Assembly (NCBI GenBank): GCA_964234715.1
Contig: OZ174275.1
Length of the DNA: 64,000 nucleotides
Source of the DNA: Podarcis melisellensis
Lineage: Eukaryota
Strand: one strand, 5' to 3'
The notes under the pieces are model-generated. The model searched no databases. It worked only from the letters and a program-made list of their open reading frames with translations, and was not told the DNA's origin. The translations under genes were made by a program, and so were the position numbers. This document shows, piece by piece, positions 61,413-64,000 of this stretch (the stretch's first letter is position 1; each line of letters opens with the position of its first letter).

Positions 61413-64000
61413 ATTTAGCTTACATCATTGCTACTCAATTCTGGCTTTTCCTTCTAACAAATTTTGAGTTAAGGGAGGGGGTTCCACCCAATTGTCATCT
61501 CACACAGAGACCCTTTCCTTTGTTCTCTTAATGATCCATCACCTAGAAGATCACCTCATCGAGAAGCTAGCCTGGCTGGTTCCAGGGGTCAGAAGGCTTT
61601 CTGCATACAGCCTCTCCCTCCCCCCCACTTCCCAAACTCATAGCAATATCTAGAATCGTACTGAAAAATGGGTTTGAGGCAATGTGGAGAGAAGTTTTTA
61701 ATGTTTAGGCCGTGTTTGAAATATCCCCAAACACATACAAATACATCACTGATGTTGCATTCATTGTTCCGCTATAATGTATTGAAATTTTATACAGAGG
61801 AGAAACGAAAAAGGAGACAGAATTAAATGTTCTGGCTTTCTGTCATAAATCGCACGGGGTGTACAGAATCTCTTATGTTTTGCCTATGTTAATATTCCCA
61901 GAAGCATCTTAAGGATTCAGGTTTGCTATCTACTGACTTGGTTTTTTTTGGCATGTCAGAAATTGAATCCATATATCTAAATACTTGCCCCCCCCTCCAT
62001 TTTTGCCTTTTCGCTAAGAGTTGCAGTTGATTGAATAAATTCTCAATCATTATTATGCTCCATATTTTAAAGTACCTAAATTTTAGTGTAGGAAGGCTGA
62101 GGTCTTTCCATTTCTCTGCAGTACATGGTCTTAACAGCCTCTAGTAAAAGGGATATAGATTCTTTTTTTATGGAAACTGCATCCATTTTTTAAATTGCTT
62201 AGCAGGTATAACTGGTTTATAGGACCTGTATTGATATCAGTGTTATTACTTTCCTCCAGACTGATTCCATAGCACGAATAAGAACATGTGCTGCAGCCAT
62301 TGAGTCAGTTAGTCAGTGATGCCCAGGTCACCTCATCCTTATGCATATCTGAGGAGTCCTCACCTCATATCCCTCTGTGCTGCACTGCTTTAGACTTTTT
62401 CCTTTTAATTCTTCCCTAAAGTTTCATTGACTGAATTTTCAGGACTATTCTTTTTTAATTAAAAGTTTGGCTATCAAGCGTTCCCCACTGTGCCTTTTCT
62501 TTAAAGCCCTTGAATGATGTTGTATAATTAAGTTCAGGGCAACCTGTGTTCCTTGCAGCTTTTCTGTGCTGTCCTGGAGTCTAGTTACACATTTTGTGGA
62601 ATCTACCACTGTGGCGGTGATGGTGTTGGAAGTTGATTCTTCCATGGTTTCTTCCAGTTTTCACATTTCTTTCTAGTACATGTGCCCCATGTAAGGCGTG
62701 TGAAAATTGGATTGTATCCCAGGGACTGTTAGTGCAGCTCTCAGTCCCACCTCTAATCAGAGGTGGATTTAGGGCAGCATGATCATTTCAATTGCACTTG
62801 GCGCCAAGACTAGGGGGCACCATAAGTAGGACGTTAGTGAATTGAGCAGAATATGGCTCCACTGAAATTTGAATTACCAAAGTGTGCCCTTGTTCCCATG
62901 CTGTTCAAGAAGGTCCCCCTCCCCAAGCCTCGGAAGCAGCTTTCTGAGGGAACAGTGGGCTGCAGGTTGGAGGAGGAATAAGAGAAAACACCCCATATCT
63001 TTCAGTGAAGCGTCCTTTCAGTGGAACTTATGTAAAGCCTGGATCTGACCCAGTATATATGAAAAGCTGGAACTCAATAGGAGATCAAAAATGTTTGCAT
63101 TTACACTAAAACTTTAAATATGTGCATCTTCCTGTTCCTTCTCACACATAGCCAGACATATGTGCAAGTTTATTGAATGACAGGACCATTCTCTTACCAA
63201 GCTGATCCTCAAAGTACTTTGGCAAGTGAGAGGATCACTGAAGCCAGCAGAGCTCCTTCTGTCAAGTTGCTTGAGAATTGGATTGTCAGCTGTTTTAAAA
63301 GGCTATGATGAAAGAGCTTTTCTTTCTTTTTAAAATGATGAAAGTCCCTCTGTCTTTCTTCACCAGGAGATCCTGTGCTGTGTTTGGCACTTCTCCTTAA
63401 CCTACTGCTTATTTCTGTGCAGTGGTGTCGATTTCAAGAGAGATTCACTTATTAACATGCCTCTCCTTGGAAAATGCCATTTGTTATAGCACGCTGGTTT
63501 CTGCACAGCTGGAATGCTATGCTGTTGAGTTGTACTCTCCATTCCTTATGGTTGACATCCAAAGACACCTGCCTCGCGTTTGACTTGCTAGTCTGTTGTC
63601 TTTGGGTTGAAACAGCTCTTGGTATTGCAAAGCGAAGAAGTGTCCTCATTCAGTGCCAAAGTCATTAATCGGTATGATGAATTAATTAGCCATAGATTAC
63701 TAATGTGGATCTTTAAATGGTATTCTTATCACAGCGGTTTCCACGGGGAAAGCTGCAGTGCTGATGGCAAGATTGTAAACTGTCTCAGGCAATGCATTTG
63801 AGATGATTTTTCTCAGCAGGAGATGATTTAATCTGAGGAGTTTCCTTGAGCATAATTTTTGCTAACATAATTGTTTGCTAATGAGGGGTGAAGTCTTGTT
63901 CTGACTTGCACCAAAGTAAATACCACTGATACCTGTAGAATCTTCACATTGAGACCAAAATTACTTTGCTGCTTGGCTTCCCTAACCTCATTATCCTATT

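Noticed and set aside
55497-64000. PDIA5 exon 4
   Set aside because: No DAESRKLCKKMK-like sequence with a phase-2 acceptor was found, so it is presumed to lie downstream of the window.

Overview
Vertebrate genomic DNA, almost certainly from a squamate reptile (probably a lacertid lizard, inferred from Sauria SINEs and the MITE repertoire). The only protein-coding gene I can support is the 5' part of PDIA5 (protein disulfide-isomerase A5) on the + strand. It has a CpG-island promoter at ~23.6-24.5 kb and coding exons 1-3 at 23914-23985, 50330-50456 and 55409-55496, with canonical GT-AG sites and compatible phases; exon 4 onward appears to lie beyond the window. The rest is intergenic or intronic DNA dense in retroposons (L1, CR1 and L2 relics, Sauria SINEs, MIR-like, tRNA- and 5S-derived SINEs, solo-LTR-like elements) and hAT, Tc1-pogo and Harbinger-like MITEs, several of them nested. 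The most notable signal is an intact minimal type-I hammerhead ribozyme on the minus strand at 58165-58206, inside a Penelope-like terminal-repeat fragment in PDIA5 intron 3; a decayed relative lies at 1102-1141. Also notable are a 5S-headed SINE sharing its CR1-like tail with a tRNA-headed SINE, a MITE family carrying the ACTACAnnTCCCA (ZNF143/THAP11) motif also seen in the PDIA5 promoter, a CTCF site, and candidate enhancers. Almost all other ORFs in the supplied track look like noise. Repeat family names come from recognition, not from database searches.
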